From positions 1,674,001 to 1,738,000 of the forward strand of contig NW_026963318.1 in the NCBI RefSeq assembly GCF_036588685.1: a stretch of DNA of 64,000 nt, given 5' to 3'. Position 1 is the first letter of the stretch; each line of letters opens with the position of its first letter. Under the pieces are notes generated by a model, which saw only the letters and a list, made by a program, of their open reading frames with translations, was not told where the DNA came from and did not search any database. The DNA comes from Mytilus trossulus. Its lineage: Eukaryota. Positions 27,972 through 41,508 of the stretch are shown piece by piece. A program made the position numbers and the translations under genes.

Positions 27972-29105
27972 TTAAAACAAAAGAATTACACAGAAATATT
28001 TCAATGTCTGCCCACTTCAAGAAAATTTCTTGTACGATTAAATGGCTATTAATTAGTTTGTATTGCCATTTACCATATCAGTATTATTATCAGTAACTAT
28101 CAATTTATCAATTTAACAATCAATTGAAAGAAAGTAATATGCCCCTATCAAATTACCTTTGAACAAATATCCTCGCTAACACTAAACTTATTGATGAGGA
28201 GAATGTATTTTTTTGGTAAATTTGACGCCCTAATATAAAATATGTTTTATTGATCTCAGATTTTCTCATTTAATTTTAAATATATGTACAAAAATGACGT
28301 TGGCTTTGATAAAACCATGTTTAAGTATTATGCCAAATCAATAGAACAAATTTTATATAGTATTTTCGGTACGATTTATACAGCTTATAGGCGTATTGAA
28401 TATATTAACTTCCTATTTTTGGTAAAAAAAATTATATGTCGTCCTTTAGATGTTTTTCTGTTGATGTTTGTTTTAAGGTTGCTGTTTCATTTACTTTTAG
28501 CACAAATCGTCCTATTAAAAAACTTCTCTAAATCCTCAAGCAAACATTTCCCAATAGTATTGTCAAATCGTAAAACCTTATTACTGTTAGATTATATTTA
28601 CGACTTCAGGTTTTTATTTATAATATATATAGATGTTGAAAACGAACTCTATGCACTTCTTACAATGATGTGACCAGTTTTACTGCAAATTGAATACTTT
28701 TGGTGGTAAGATTTTAAATGCACTGCTTTAAGAAATATGTTGAAAATGCATCATATGATCATCATGCTATTTGAACGTATATCTACAATGTATCGTGAAA
28801 GATCATATGTGATCATTGATAACATGTCTTTTCTGTTTTTATACATATGTATTCAATGATGTTTAAAGAAGCTACTTCATACAGGTAAGCCTTGCATATA
28901 TTGCTGTTCAAATAGTTAGACGTAAATAAAGAAACGAGAGATACAAATGGACATTCAAACTCATCTCGGGTCTTTGATAAAAGCCTTGAAATAAGTTGCT
29001 TTAAAGAGATGATAAAGAGATTAAGCATTTCGACAGCATATCGCTTAAGATTTGGAAACAAATAAAACCCGAATAATTCGAAAGTATTCGACATTCATTA
29101 GTTAA

Positions 29106-29485
29106 GTTCCAGTCTTTGTAAGAATCAGGCAATTTAGGTAAAAATCAAAACATGATCAGAAAAAACCCGACGAGCTTATCAGGCAATTTAATACTTATCA
29201 TCATCCTGAGTTCAAAATAATTGGTCTTTCACATGTGTGTTTCTGGTAATATCAAACAACTTGGTTAGAAAATTGGTTAGAATGATAGCAAATTTCAGAG
29301 TTATCTCCCCTTATTCATTAATTTCGAGTGCATTTCAACCAAATCTTCTATTACCAGAACAGAAAACAGAAATGAATGTTATTTTTGTGAATAACTACAT
29401 TTTATGAACTGAAATCAATGTCAAATTGGGTGGGTTTTTTTTTGGTCTGTTTTCAACACTGCCTGATTCTTAGGCAGACGGGAAC
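29106..29485. mobile_element. TTAA-flanked MITE (Kolobok-like)
   Basis: TIR GTTCCAGTCTTTGTAAGAATCAGGCA / TGCCTGATTCTTAGGCAGACGGGAAC with TTAA TSD; empty site near 18825. Confidence 0.85.
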
Positions 29486-31536
29486 TTAATTGGGAAATAA
29501 ACGGTGCTAAGATCATCTAATCTTAAACTTCATAAACCTCACAACGAGCTTTGCATTTAAATTCCTTCACCAGGTTATGTAATATATATTTATGATTGAA
29601 TGGGATCATTAAGGGGAAACGCTTATCTCAGATTTTCTCTGAACGATCATTTATCTAAGCTTTAGTGGAATTAATCAATAATTTCAAATCTACACAGGAT
29701 TATGGTAGCTCACGCAATGTTGACTGTACATTGAAATAATTGTGTTTACATATTTTCAGCAGTAGGTTTATTCTAAATTTGCAAGGAAATGTAACAGTAG
29801 ATAGTGGTATTAAATCTACATAATGAGTTTCAAAGAATTGATAAAAGGATGTAAACCATTCCGTTTCTAACTTAAGATGTGTATGTATCATATAAAGAAC
29901 TGAAATGTTGAATTATTATAGAGAGAGTGCATAAAACACCAGTACCAGCAGCACTTGCAAGTCATTAAGGGGCAAGCTGAGGACAGCATCCGGGTACGGG
30001 ATTATCTTGCTGCGATGTCTGCTCTTTGGTCGGGTTGTTGTCTCTTTGTCATATTCTCCATTTTCAGCCTCAATTTAATTTTTATTACCTTTACAAATGA
30101 ATGATGTCTGGTGTACTTGTAGGCTTTTAAATAGCCAACTAGGTAGGAATACTTGATTGTCATGAATAAATTATCAATTTCATGCTGGTAGCAATAACAG
30201 CATAAAACAAAATGAAATTTTTGATTCAAACGTTTTTATCGTAGTAAGTTCTTCGTATTAAATAACAAATATGTATTAATTACGTAATATTATGATATAA
30301 TAATCATTACTTGTATTAATCTAAAACTTTTTCGTTTCTTGTTCATGGGTTAAAATTTGAAATGATGCGATAATATAAGATGATTCAGAATCGAACAGAC
30401 CCGTAACTTAATCATCTTATTATATAAATAAACATTTATCGGAAAAATATTTATTAAATCAAATTTGAAGATCGAAAATCGATAGAAATAAACCAATATC
30501 AACACGGTGCATCTCAAAACAGATAAGTAAATGACATGAAGAGATAATAGTTTTCTTAAAATTCCTCGCAATTCCCTCCCTCACCCATCCTCATGATATC
30601 TTCACAAGTTTTTGTTGAAATTGATCGCATTTTTTTGGTTTTCTCTCATTCCACAGTAGTATAACATTTCCTGACTTAAATACTTCCTCGACAAGAATTG
30701 CAATTTTGCGTTACATTTATTAAACATTTAAAAGTTTAATTTTATTCTGGAACTATGTTGCATTTAATTTGTGGTATCGTAACTGGGTATGTTTCGTACG
30801 TAAAAAAATGAAACAATGCAATATGTATTTCAACCATGCATTCTGTTAAATGTTTAACCCCTTGAGCATCATATAATTAACTAAAAAACTTAGTGTCTTG
30901 CATAATTAACGGAATGTTGTCGTTTTTCTTGATGTTTATCGTCCATTTGAATTAACACTTATTAATATTTAGTTTATTGATTTATTTTACGCCGAAAGTT
31001 TTGTTCAAAAATTTGCTTTGACCATTTAAGTGCATGTCAGTCTTTGCTTTATAACAAACATTTTGAGTATTGATATAGTCGTTGATAATGTTTTTCAGTT
31101 TTTAGTTGAATGATTTTGTATCATTAGGGAAAATACATTGTTGCTTCGTCTAGTGTCATTTAAGTGATGTCCTTTTAATTGACTCTCTTGCCATTTAAAG
31201 CGGATATAGAAATTCTTATGTTATCAAGAAAAGCTAGACATGTAACTGAACCTGAATTGCAAAAAAAAACACGTTTGTATTGAATCATTGATGAAAGAAT
31301 AAATTGTACTTATTGATGGGTTTTATGAGGTTGTATTTGACAGAATTCGAGAACTTATTAAGGGATGGCGTGATTAAATGTCATAAATGTGCAGCATGTT
31401 GTGTTTTATCTGCTTTAGATTGATTTGTCTGGATTTTTACAAATAATCAATTCCAAAGTAGTCTACATCATCGACAGTTAGTCAGGAAGCTAGTTAGTTT
31501 GTCATTTTATAACATTATGTTAGTATTGCATGGCAA

Positions 31537-32032
31537 TATATGGTCCCCTACCAGTAACAATTCATTCAACTTGATCGATAACTTGCAATTGTGTAACCTA
31601 TATGCATATAAAAAAAATAGCAAGTCAATATCTTCATGCATGACGACAAAAGTGTTGAAAACTGATTATCTAAGTGATTTGTTTTAGTCCAAAGACTGTA
31701 ACTCTTCACAAAATCATCAGACCAGAACAAAATTCAAACTTGTGCTCTAACTTGTCAAGATAAAACTATATACTAATTATCAATAAAATATCTTCAAGAA
31801 TGACAACAAAAAGTGTAGAAAACTGATTATTTTAGTGAATTTTCAAAGTTAAAGACTGCACAAATCATCATATTGGAACAACATTCGAATTTGATCTGTA
31901 ACATGTCATGATAAAACAATAGATTAATTATAGATCAAATCAATATCTTCAAGCAAAAGAAGGAAAAAACTGTGAAAAACTACTTCGCCAGACTTTTAGT
32001 AAAGTCCCCTTCGACTTCATCAATAGGGGACG
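31537..32032 (+). mobile_element. Pearl/Helentron-like element, duplicate of 20873-21365
   Basis: Same position and sequence in unit B. Confidence 0.7.
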
Positions 32033-32663
32033 AAAAAGACCATTGCATCTTGTAAATATTTTTTTGATTTTTTTTCGTTGCAGTCAGGCAATAAAATGCA
32101 TAATAAGGGCACATGCTGCTGCGTATTTATGAAATATAATCACATCATTCAATAATAAGTTAAAAAAGCAAAACTGTCAAAGCGAGTACCAGATAAACGT
32201 TTAATACGTGCGAATGGAAAACAAGTGTCATATTCCTGACTTGATACAATTTACATATTTATCAAGCAAAAATCTACAAAACTGAACTAAAAAATGATAT
32301 ATAGTGAGAAGATTTACAACCAGGTTTAATCAACCAATTTTTTGATAAGGAAAATGTCTGTACCAAGTCAGAAATATGGTAGTTGTTTTTCAATCGTTGT
32401 ATGTTCTTTGGCTTTAATTTTACCATTTGGTAAGTGAATGTCAGTTTTGGATATTTCTTGGAGTTCGTTTTTTGACTTTGACTGTTTGTGTTTTTTTGGA
32501 AATGATATTTCTTTCACCCCTCTATAGAGGGTGTTTCGCTAATTCCTCTTTTTTTCTGTTAAACAAAAATATAAAAAAAGAAGATGAGGTATGATCGCAA
32601 ATGACACAACCCTCCACAAGAGAACAAAAATGAAGTACATTATATCTTAAGAGATGTGCCATT

Positions 32664-33352
32664 AATAAAGGCAACAGTAGTATACCGCTGTTCAAAACTC
32701 ATAAATCCATGGAAAAAAAACTAAATCGGGGTAACAAACTAAAACCGAGGGAAACGCATTAAATATAAGAGGAGAACAACGACACAACACTGAAATGTAA
32801 CACATACAGAAACGGACCAAGCATCAGACAAAATCCAACGAGAATAACAAATATAACATCAAAACCAAATACATGAATTAGGGATAGACAAGTACCGTGA
32901 CATGTCTTATCGCAATGTGAATTAACACTCAAAAATAAGAGAAAACAAACGACGCAACGTTAAAATGTAACACACACAGAAACGAACAATAATATAACAA
33001 TGGCCATATTCCTGACTTGGTACAGGACATTTTTATAGGAAAAAATGGTGGGTTGAACCTGGTTTTGTGGCATGCCAAACCTCGCACTTTATTGGCAATG
33101 TTAAATATAACATTGAAATGACAAAATAATATTACAGGACTACATTACAAATAAATAGGAGAACGTATTAGACAAAGAAACACATGATTAATAGATAACA
33201 AAAAGCATCAGGTTTAAAATTCAATACGCCAAAAACGCGCCTCGTCCATACAAGACTCACCAGTGACGCCCAGATATAAAAGCTCGAAAGTGAAAAAAAA
33301 GTACAAAGTTGTACAGCACTGAAGATCAAAAGTTGAAAAAGGTTGTGTCAAA
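32664..33352 (+). mobile_element. Unit-B-specific repeat insertion with an R2-like 3' part
   Basis: Absent at the homologous point ~21907 of unit A. Confidence 0.75.
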
Positions 33353-34133
33353 TACAAGAAAGATAATTTAAAATCTTATCTTTTCGCATACGAATATCAT
33401 TCGTGTAATATTGACCAATTAACAAATAATAGTTGTTTCTTTTTGAAAGAAGATAAATTGTGTTTTATTGATGATATTTGTATATGCTATTAATAAGTAC
33501 TTCGCGATTATGCATTCAGTCTAATTACATTTCATTCGATTTTGGACCAGGATTTTTGTTGAACTAGACATCTATCCCTTCAGAAAAAATAATGCAAAAG
33601 TAGGTTATTTTTCATTTCATAATAATTTTTCTGACATCTGAACAGATAACATTTAGATATAACCTACACTGGTCAATCATTGTGAATGACATTACTTGAT
33701 TTGTTATGGTAAATCAGATCTTGTTTATGTTAAGAAGACTGATTCAGACTCAAAGTTATTTCCCTGGTGTTCTATAAATAATTGCCATAAAAACGATAGA
33801 CTTATTTAAAGCTCTAGTTGTAAAAACCAAACATGACATTATTTTTCATTCAGACACTTATCACTAAATCACAAGTATTGAGTACTTATCTCAACAACTG
33901 TTATAGTACAAAAAAAACCATGGTCGATACTTAGACTAAAGTTGATCCAACTGATATCAAGCTTATATTATCCATCTTTAAGGACACAGTTGAGTACAAG
34001 TAGTTTGTTATAAAAAAGAAAACGTAACGGATTACTCGAATAATTACCATTGTTAGGGCAGTACAATGTATATTAGATGTTCTCTCCAATTTTTTTCGAA
34101 GTGTCACTTCAATCATACTTTAGTGTCGCTTAC

Positions 34134-34194
34134 CTGAGTAGCAGCTGTGGATAAGCAGCACATAAGACAATACGACGATGTATATAATGTCCAT
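34134..34194 (-). CDS. Signal-peptide first coding exon, copy B (MDIIYIVVLSYVLLIHSCYS + phase-1 G)
   Basis: Canonical donor CAG|GTAAGC; 3 synonymous and 2 non-synonymous differences from copy A. Confidence 0.75.
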
Positions 34195-34569
34195 AAAAAT
34201 ATATCCAACGATATATATCCTAATATTATATATACATATACATGTATTGTTGTACAGGTATATCATATCTAATGAATTGAATGAGCATGGGTCCAGATTA
34301 GTTATGAAACCGTCACAATATATGTATCTCCTTAGTTCAGTTGCGAAACAAGTTAACAGAGAAAACAAACTGCCCAATAATAAAATAGTTAGTCATATAT
34401 ATGTCCGAATTTTACTTTATAATATTTTCTTTTCCCAAACTTCTTTTTCTTTAATTTCTTGATTTGATATGTTGTTCTCTGCTAGTAAAATCTATTTGCA
34501 CTAACGTAGTAAGAACCAGAACTATCATTCAATTGCTTTATAGGGTTTATAAAGTATAAACAAGTACAT

Positions 34570-34682
34570 AACATCTAAAGTTGACTGCACAATAGGTGTT
34601 TATAATTCCTTAATTAATATATAAGATTGTTTACACTAACGTTTAAAACGTTTGGTCTATATCAGTTAAAATGCACTTGACA
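34570..34682 (-). promoter_or_regulatory. Putative core promoter of copy B
   Basis: TATAAA on the minus strand (34599-34604) and TGTTTAC (34628-34634). Confidence 0.4.
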
Positions 34683-35311
34683 TATATACGTCCATTCATA
34701 AAAAACGTATATTAATCGAGGGCCCTGATGAACTAGAAAACATACTGTATTACTCATTACTGCAATTTTAATCATTCCGATGATAAAACTTACCATTATT
34801 CACATTACAAGAAAGAAAAAAAGTATCTCGTCACATTGGATGGTTTTCATTAACATGTAATTATCATTGACTTATATAAATTTCTTTAAATCGATTTAGT
34901 ATATTAATTTATAATAAGAAGAAATGCTTCATATCTAACATGTGTACATGATCAAAGTTTTTACAGAAAACAAGCATTTAATTTCTGATAAATACATGTT
35001 ATGCTACAATCATGAATGTTCGAGTTGTAGCAAATTTTCACTTATTTTTCCTTGCTCCTTGCATTATTGTGGCATCGTCACATAAAACACGCGCTAACAT
35101 GAATGCTGGAATGTTTTAAGGAAACCATTTGATTTCGGAGTGTTTATCAATTGTTCTCACCGAATCAAAAGTACGGATTTTCATGAAACATACACGTTGT
35201 TTAATTATATTACACATACATCTGTCATACAATGTCATTTTGTAAAATACTAATTCTTCTTTAAAATCATGCAGTTTTTCTCAATTTCACTTTAATTTTT
35301 TTTTATATTTA

Positions 35312-35815
35312 TTTTTGATGCAATACTTTTGATGAATTGTGTATCTCCTTCATTTTAAATGAAACCATAATTTGTTTTTCTTACATACGATTCACAAGAT
35401 TTGTATTACATATACAAATATAGCATTACATGAATCAACTTTGTTTCAATTCGAATCAATGCTTAATATTTGGAATTAATCCTTTCATGCTCAATCAAGC
35501 TACAATTACCACATGTGAATCCGTCAAACGGAACTTTTGGTGTTTATTACCTAACGCATTATATTTAGAATTGATGAAAGTTAATTTAGATTTTACGGGG
35601 TTTCCCTAAGTGGTGAAGATTCTCTCTCATATGATGTTGCAGTTTATTTAAGTGGGATGTAGACCTGTCTGTTGACACTTAGGTTAGATCAAAAGAAGAC
35701 ATTTGTTTTTTGTTTAACTTATCAAGATTCCATTGCATGTGCACTGGGTTTAAAGAATTTTAATGGTTGAAAAAGAGCTCCTACTAAAAAATGTTTGTGC
35801 TACTGTCGATGGTTG
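35312..35815. promoter_or_regulatory. Module E, copy 6, with consensus kB site
   Basis: CACATGTG, GGGGTTTCCC (35597-35606) and CTTATCAAGATTCC. Confidence 0.5.
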
Positions 35816-36244
35816 AAAAATAAAAGTGATAAATTTCAAAGAAAAATAGAAAATTAAAACACAATCAAATCAAGCTCAGTAGTTCACTCAAGTATGTTAG
35901 AGGGGTGAAAGATACTAGAGGGACATTCAAACTTATATGTCAACTAATTTGACAACGTCATGGATAAAAAAGAAAAAGACAAACACAAATAATAGTACAG
36001 TAGACACAACATAGAAAACTCTGAAACTGTGGATGATCTAGTGTGCTTAGGAAGGGTAAGTAGATCCTGCTGCTCATGGGTTAAGCCCAAGTAGCCAATC
36101 AAGTCAAACCAATAATTTACTTCACCCAACTAGTCATTTAACCATGTTCATGTTGACCTTACATCGATTATTGAATACTCTTTTATCAGACATGTCTAAC
36201 ATTGATGAATTAATTGGACGTGTAAAGTCAGGCGGCAAAAAAAT

Positions 36245-36830
36245 ATTAGTTTCATAGTGTGCTAGTGACCTAATAAGGGTCAGTAAATTCCATATGGTAT
36301 CAAAGCGAAGCTCGAATCCCCATATGGAATTTACTGACCCCGTATATACCGTATCACGTCACTAGCACACTATGTAACGAATTTATCTTACCGACTATCT
36401 TAACGTGAAAAATTTAGACTAGTGACCTATCAACTATTAGCATTTAGAAACTACTTCCTTTCTTCCATTGATAAAAAAAAGAAGATGCAAACAATAACAT
36501 GAATAACGACTTGTTATGTTTAAATGTGTTCTATAAATTTATTTCCATCTAAATCATCAATTTCTTCGTCTGTTGAAACCTTTAAGATTTTTTCTCAGTA
36601 GCGTTTTGTTTTTATAAAGGGACGCAACACCACTACTAACCGTGTGTGAAATAAGCCCCGCCTCCCTTCTTACCTGGTATGGAATATAAAGAGACGTAAC
36701 ACTACTTCTAACCGTGTATGAAATAAGCTCCGCCTCTCTACTAATCTAATATGAAATATACACGGTCTCCACGCGGACGCTTTTAACCAATCATATTCCT
36801 AGAAATGTATAGCAGGTAAGATAATAAGTC
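36245..36830. mobile_element. Family H element, duplicate of 24760-25345
   Basis: Same position in unit B. Confidence 0.75.
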
Positions 36831-37817
36831 ATATCAAGGCAATATGTGTTTTATAAGGAACATTGTATAATGTAAACAACTGAAGCACGGATTAGGAACA
36901 TGTTATTTATCAAGATAATAGTCCAAAGGATGATTGTCATCTTAAAAGGGCAAATTATTCTGACTCCATGACGAACAGTTTTGTTCATACCACTACGGTT
37001 GGTATCATTAAAATTACTATTTACACAGAAGTTCAATTGGTGTCATCGTCCTGTTTTGCGTTAAATCTAAGCAATTACTTTAAAAACAGAAGGAAATTAA
37101 ATGATTCTTTTCAGAGACTCGTATTAGTTATTCTATCATGCTTATCTGGAGTTGCGTTTGAAATGAGCCATTGGTATAACATTAACACCATATGAACTAA
37201 GTCTGTCAATTGGAATAGCAGATAGAAACTTATCAATTTCATCTACATGTTTAATCTTAAAATACGACCTTTATCAATGAGCAAAGCTCATACCGCATAG
37301 CCAGCTATAAAAGGCCCCGAAATGACAAATGTAAAACAGTGCCGAACAATCTTATTTATGTACAAAAATAAAATATAAATATAATATCACCAAGATAACG
37401 GCGAGTGTTGTTAAAATGATCAAATGAATGCAATTATGACTGGACTTACTGAGTTTAGTCATTATCTGTGATTCATAACAGCACAAAAACAAATTTTTTA
37501 TTAAAGGTGCAAAATTGCTGTGAAGTTGTCATGAAAAACACGTGTTGTCATTTAGAAATAATTTTTTTGATTTGAATGCCTTGCGATTGTTGTCATCCTA
37601 TCAAAAGTAAGGATTCTCATGAAACATATATGCATCACATACTAGTATTTCTGTATCATATATTATAATTAAATCTAAAAAAAAAGAATAACACAGAAAA
37701 ATTTCAGTTGCTGCCCACTGCCAGAAAATTGCTTGTACGAATACTTGATACTTAATTAGTTTGTATTGCCATTTATCGTATCAGTGATATTATCAGTAGT
37801 ATTTAACAATCAGTTGC

Positions 37818-38387
37818 TATAGTATTAATGAGGCTTTTGGCCCTGTTATATGTCCTCGTCAGTAATTATGGCGTTGTTTCGGGCCATTACAGACATCCTG
37901 GACCGTTATTACAGACCTTGGACATATAACAGGGCCATTATAAAAACACCCATTTCTTAAAACATTTATCAACCAACTGAACAAAAGTGTATGTGTTGCT
38001 GCCACTCTAACTCATTTATTGACAGTTAAGGTTGAAAAAAAAAGTTGAACTTCACCACGATAAAGCTTAAAATTTACCAAATATCCAAGATATTAAGTTG
38101 AAAGAAGTTGTGTGTAGAAAAACAGGATGAACAGTGATCCTTTTATATTTTTCTTTAATGTTGGTTGTTGGTTACTAAATTAGATAAAATACAAAAACGT
38201 ATTCCTCACTCTTTACACCTTAATTTTATTAACTTTATTAAAACCCTAACTGGGATTAACACAGACAAACTGGGCATTAATACAGGGCCATTACAGAAAG
38301 ACAGGGCCATTACAGAACAAAACAGGGCCATTACAGAAAAAAACAGGGCCATTACAGAAAAAAAACCAGGCCCATTACTTGTTTAAT
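37818..38387. mobile_element. Insertion with inverted repeat and ~20-bp tandem repeats
   Basis: TGGCCCTGTTATATGTCC / GGACATATAACAGGGCCA inverted pair, and 4-5 copies of ACAGGGCCATTACAGAA at 38282-38380. Absent from paralogs at ~28130 and ~50012. Confidence 0.7.
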
Positions 38388-40189
38388 AAAAGAAAGTTAC
38401 CTTTGTACCAATATCGTCGCTAACACTAGACTTATTAGTTAGGAGAATGATTTTTTTTTTGTAAATTTGACGCTCTAATATAAAATGTATTTTATAGATC
38501 TCTGATTTTCTACTCAAATGTTAAATATATGTAAAAAAAAGACGTTGGCCTTATTAAAACTATGATTAAGTATTATGCAAAATCAATAGAACATATTTTA
38601 TTTTCGGTACGATTTATACAGCTTATACGTGTATTGAATATATGAATTTCTTATTTTTGAAATTAACTATATGTCGTTCTTTAGATATTTTTCTTTACAT
38701 GTTTGTTGTAAGGTTGCTGTTTCATTTACTTTCAACACAAATCGTCCTATTAAAAAACTGCTCTTAATCCTCAAGCATACAATTCCCAAAAGTATTGACA
38801 AATCATAAAATCTTATTACTGTTAGATTATATTTACGACTTCAGGTTTTTATTTATAGAATATTCAGATGTTGGAAACGAACTCTATACACTTCTTACAA
38901 TGATGTGAACAGTTTTTCTGCAAATTGAATACATTTAGTGATAAGATTATAAGTGCACTGCGTTAAGAAATATGTTGAAAATGCATTATATGATCATCAT
39001 GCTATTTTAACGTATATCTACAATGTATCGTGAAAGATCATATGTGATCATTGATAACATGTCTTTTCTGTTTTTATACATATGTATTCAATGATGTTTG
39101 AAGAAGCTACTTCATACATGTTAACCTTTCATATATTGCTGTTCAAATAGTTAGACGTAAATAAAGAAATAATAATTGGGACATTAACTATGCTAAGATC
39201 ATCTAAACAGCGTCAAAAACCTCACAACGAGCTTTTTATTTAAACTCCTTCACAGTTTATGTAATATATATTTATAATTGAATGGCATCATTACAGGGGA
39301 ACGTTTATCTTCAGCTTTTCTCTTAACGATCATTAATCTAAACTTTAGTGGAATGAATCAATAAATTCAAATGTACACAGGATTATAATAGCTCACGCAA
39401 TAATGACTGTACATTGAAAAAAATGTTGCTTACATGAAATTTTCGGCAGTTTATTCTATATTTGCAAGGAAATGCAACAGTAGATGGTGTTATATAATCT
39501 ACACAAAACGTTTCAAAGAATCAATGAAAGGATGTAAACCATTCCATCTCTTTCTTAAGATGTGTATGTATCGTATAACGAATTCAAATGTTGCATTATC
39601 ATAGAGAGAGTGCATAAAACGAATGTATTGGCACCAATACCATTTGTAAGTTCTTAATACACACAAATTTGAACAAATGACACCGTTTATAAAGATCCAT
39701 TATCTAAGAACGACCGAATTAAAACGATGTTGTTAAGAGTATTTGTTGCTCTGATGAAAAAGAGGAATGAAGAGTCAGAAAGGAGTGTGTCTTTGTTTTT
39801 GAGCTATATTGACATATTAAAATTGACCAGATATGATTTATTCTAGGTTTTTAACAACGCACCCTTTTGGTTCTTTAAAAAAAACTATGAAAAAATTGAC
39901 AAGCACGAATGACTAAGATTTAAATAAATGCTTTTTAAACTTAGTTAAAAAATATAAAAAAAGAAAACGGGGAATACCGGACAAAATGAAAAATATATCA
40001 CCGAGCATCGTTCCATAGCGTTGTGTTAATGGTTTCTTTTCCAGTGCTCCTTTAATATACATTTTATGTTCATCTCATTGTAGTGTTTTCACAAAGTTAC
40101 AATGCATAGTGGGTTTTATTCAAAACAAATCCTCCTTCCTGGTGTTGAAATTGTGCTTGTTTTTTTTTTAATACATATATATATATATA

Positions 40190-40488
40190 TATATACAACT
40201 CGTCTAAACATCAACCCAACAATGTTAGATCTGTAAATTTGCTTTCGCAAATTTTTGGTTCTTCCCTCGCCGGGATTCGAACCCATGCTACTGTGATATC
40301 GTGACACCAAATCGCCTGCACTGCAGCCGTCCCGCTAGTCTAGCGGGACGGCTGCAGTGCAGGCGATTTGGTGTCACGATATCACAGTAGCATGGGTTCG
40401 AATCCCGGCGAGGGAAGAACCAAAAATTTGCGAAAGCAAATTTACAGATCTAACATTGTTGGGTTGATGTTTAGACGAGTTGTATATA
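40190..40488. repeat. Perfect palindrome: head-to-head tRNA-like SINE/satellite units (149-bp arms, 1-nt spacer at 40339)
   Basis: ...GCCGTCCCGCTAG-T-CTAGCGGGACGGC...; mirror ORFs start at 40310(-) and 40368(+); B-box GGTTCGAATCC in each arm. Confidence 0.95.
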
Positions 40489-41227
40489 CATTATGTACAC
40501 AGCCATGTATCACCATCATTGATGCGATCCGATGGATACATCTGTTGTAGGGTTGTCACTGACTCAGACGTACTTATGTATATATATATATATATATATA
40601 AACGAGTCTAAATTGAAAACTACGTTCAAACCTATGACTGCGTTGGATAAAAACCGCAATTTTTATACGTGTGCATGTCAAACAAATTTCGTTGTAGAAG
40701 GGTCTAAAAACAGCACAAACAACATTTTTCCAAAAGACCAAAAGCGTGAAAAAGTATATTTAAACAAAACGCATTTGACTAACAGGTCGAACAACTGATG
40801 TTCTTTAACCCTGCTGACTGCCATTGACGATTGCCAAATAAAATTGATCACAAGATGTTAATATAAATTTAATACGTCACAGAAAAAAAAAATTGTTAAC
40901 TTGTGGACAGGATGTTGTGCCACAAACATTCGGTGTCAATATTTCTTTAGATATACACACAAACGAAACTGATTATATACATAAATATAATCAGTTTCGT
41001 TTGTGTCAATCAAATAATAGATTAACAATATTGGTCGGAATTATATCCACTAGTATTCACATTCTGGACATATGGTCTCTAACGGGTAATCCTATCCAGT
41101 CTAATCAACAGCTCAGTCCAATGCAGTCACGATATTGCACTTTGCAACTATACAGTTTATCGTCTATCCATGATCGGCTTTTTATTTTTTAGGAACTTTA
41201 CAAATGAACGATGCCTGGTGTACTTGT

Positions 41228-41508
41228 AAATAGTTATCAAAGGTTCCAGGCTTAAATACGTCTGACGCGCGTTTCGCCTTTACAAATATATATTAAATAG
41301 TTATAAAGCTAAACAAATACAAAGTTGAAGAGCATTGAGGACCCAAAACTCCCAAAAGTTGTGCCATAAACGGGTAAGGTAATCTATGTCTGGGATAAGA
41401 AAATCCTTAGTATTTCGAAAATTTCATACTTTAGTAAACAGGAAATGTATAAAAATTCTTGTCAACCCCAAAGTGCTGACTACTGGGCTGGGGATACCCT
41501 GAGGGACA
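41228..41508 (+). repeat. Family R2 insertion splitting a conserved unit block
   Basis: Interrupts TGGTGTACTTGTA / CTTTTTAACAGCCAA, which is contiguous at 19433 and 30110. Confidence 0.8.

Larger units (their letters stand above)
18210..39620. repeat. Most recent tandem segmental duplication (units A and B, offset ~10.3-11.5 kb)
   Basis: Near-identical sequence, e.g. 19060-25500 versus 29740-36985, including shared TE insertions and duplicated ORF-track hits. Confidence 0.92.

Noticed and set aside
28284-28673. 129-aa ORF
   Set aside because: AT-rich, F/L/I/K-biased and not open in paralogous blocks.
34120-34377. 85-aa ORF extending upstream of exon B with Cys-rich text (YCDGF...C...CIC)
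   Set aside because: The extension is frameshifted and stopped in D, stopped in C and partly deleted in A. Only the 61-nt part is conserved.
40340-40415. Possible tRNA gene
   Set aside because: B-box present, but the 5' acceptor stem and A-box are truncated at the palindrome centre and a SINE-like tail follows.
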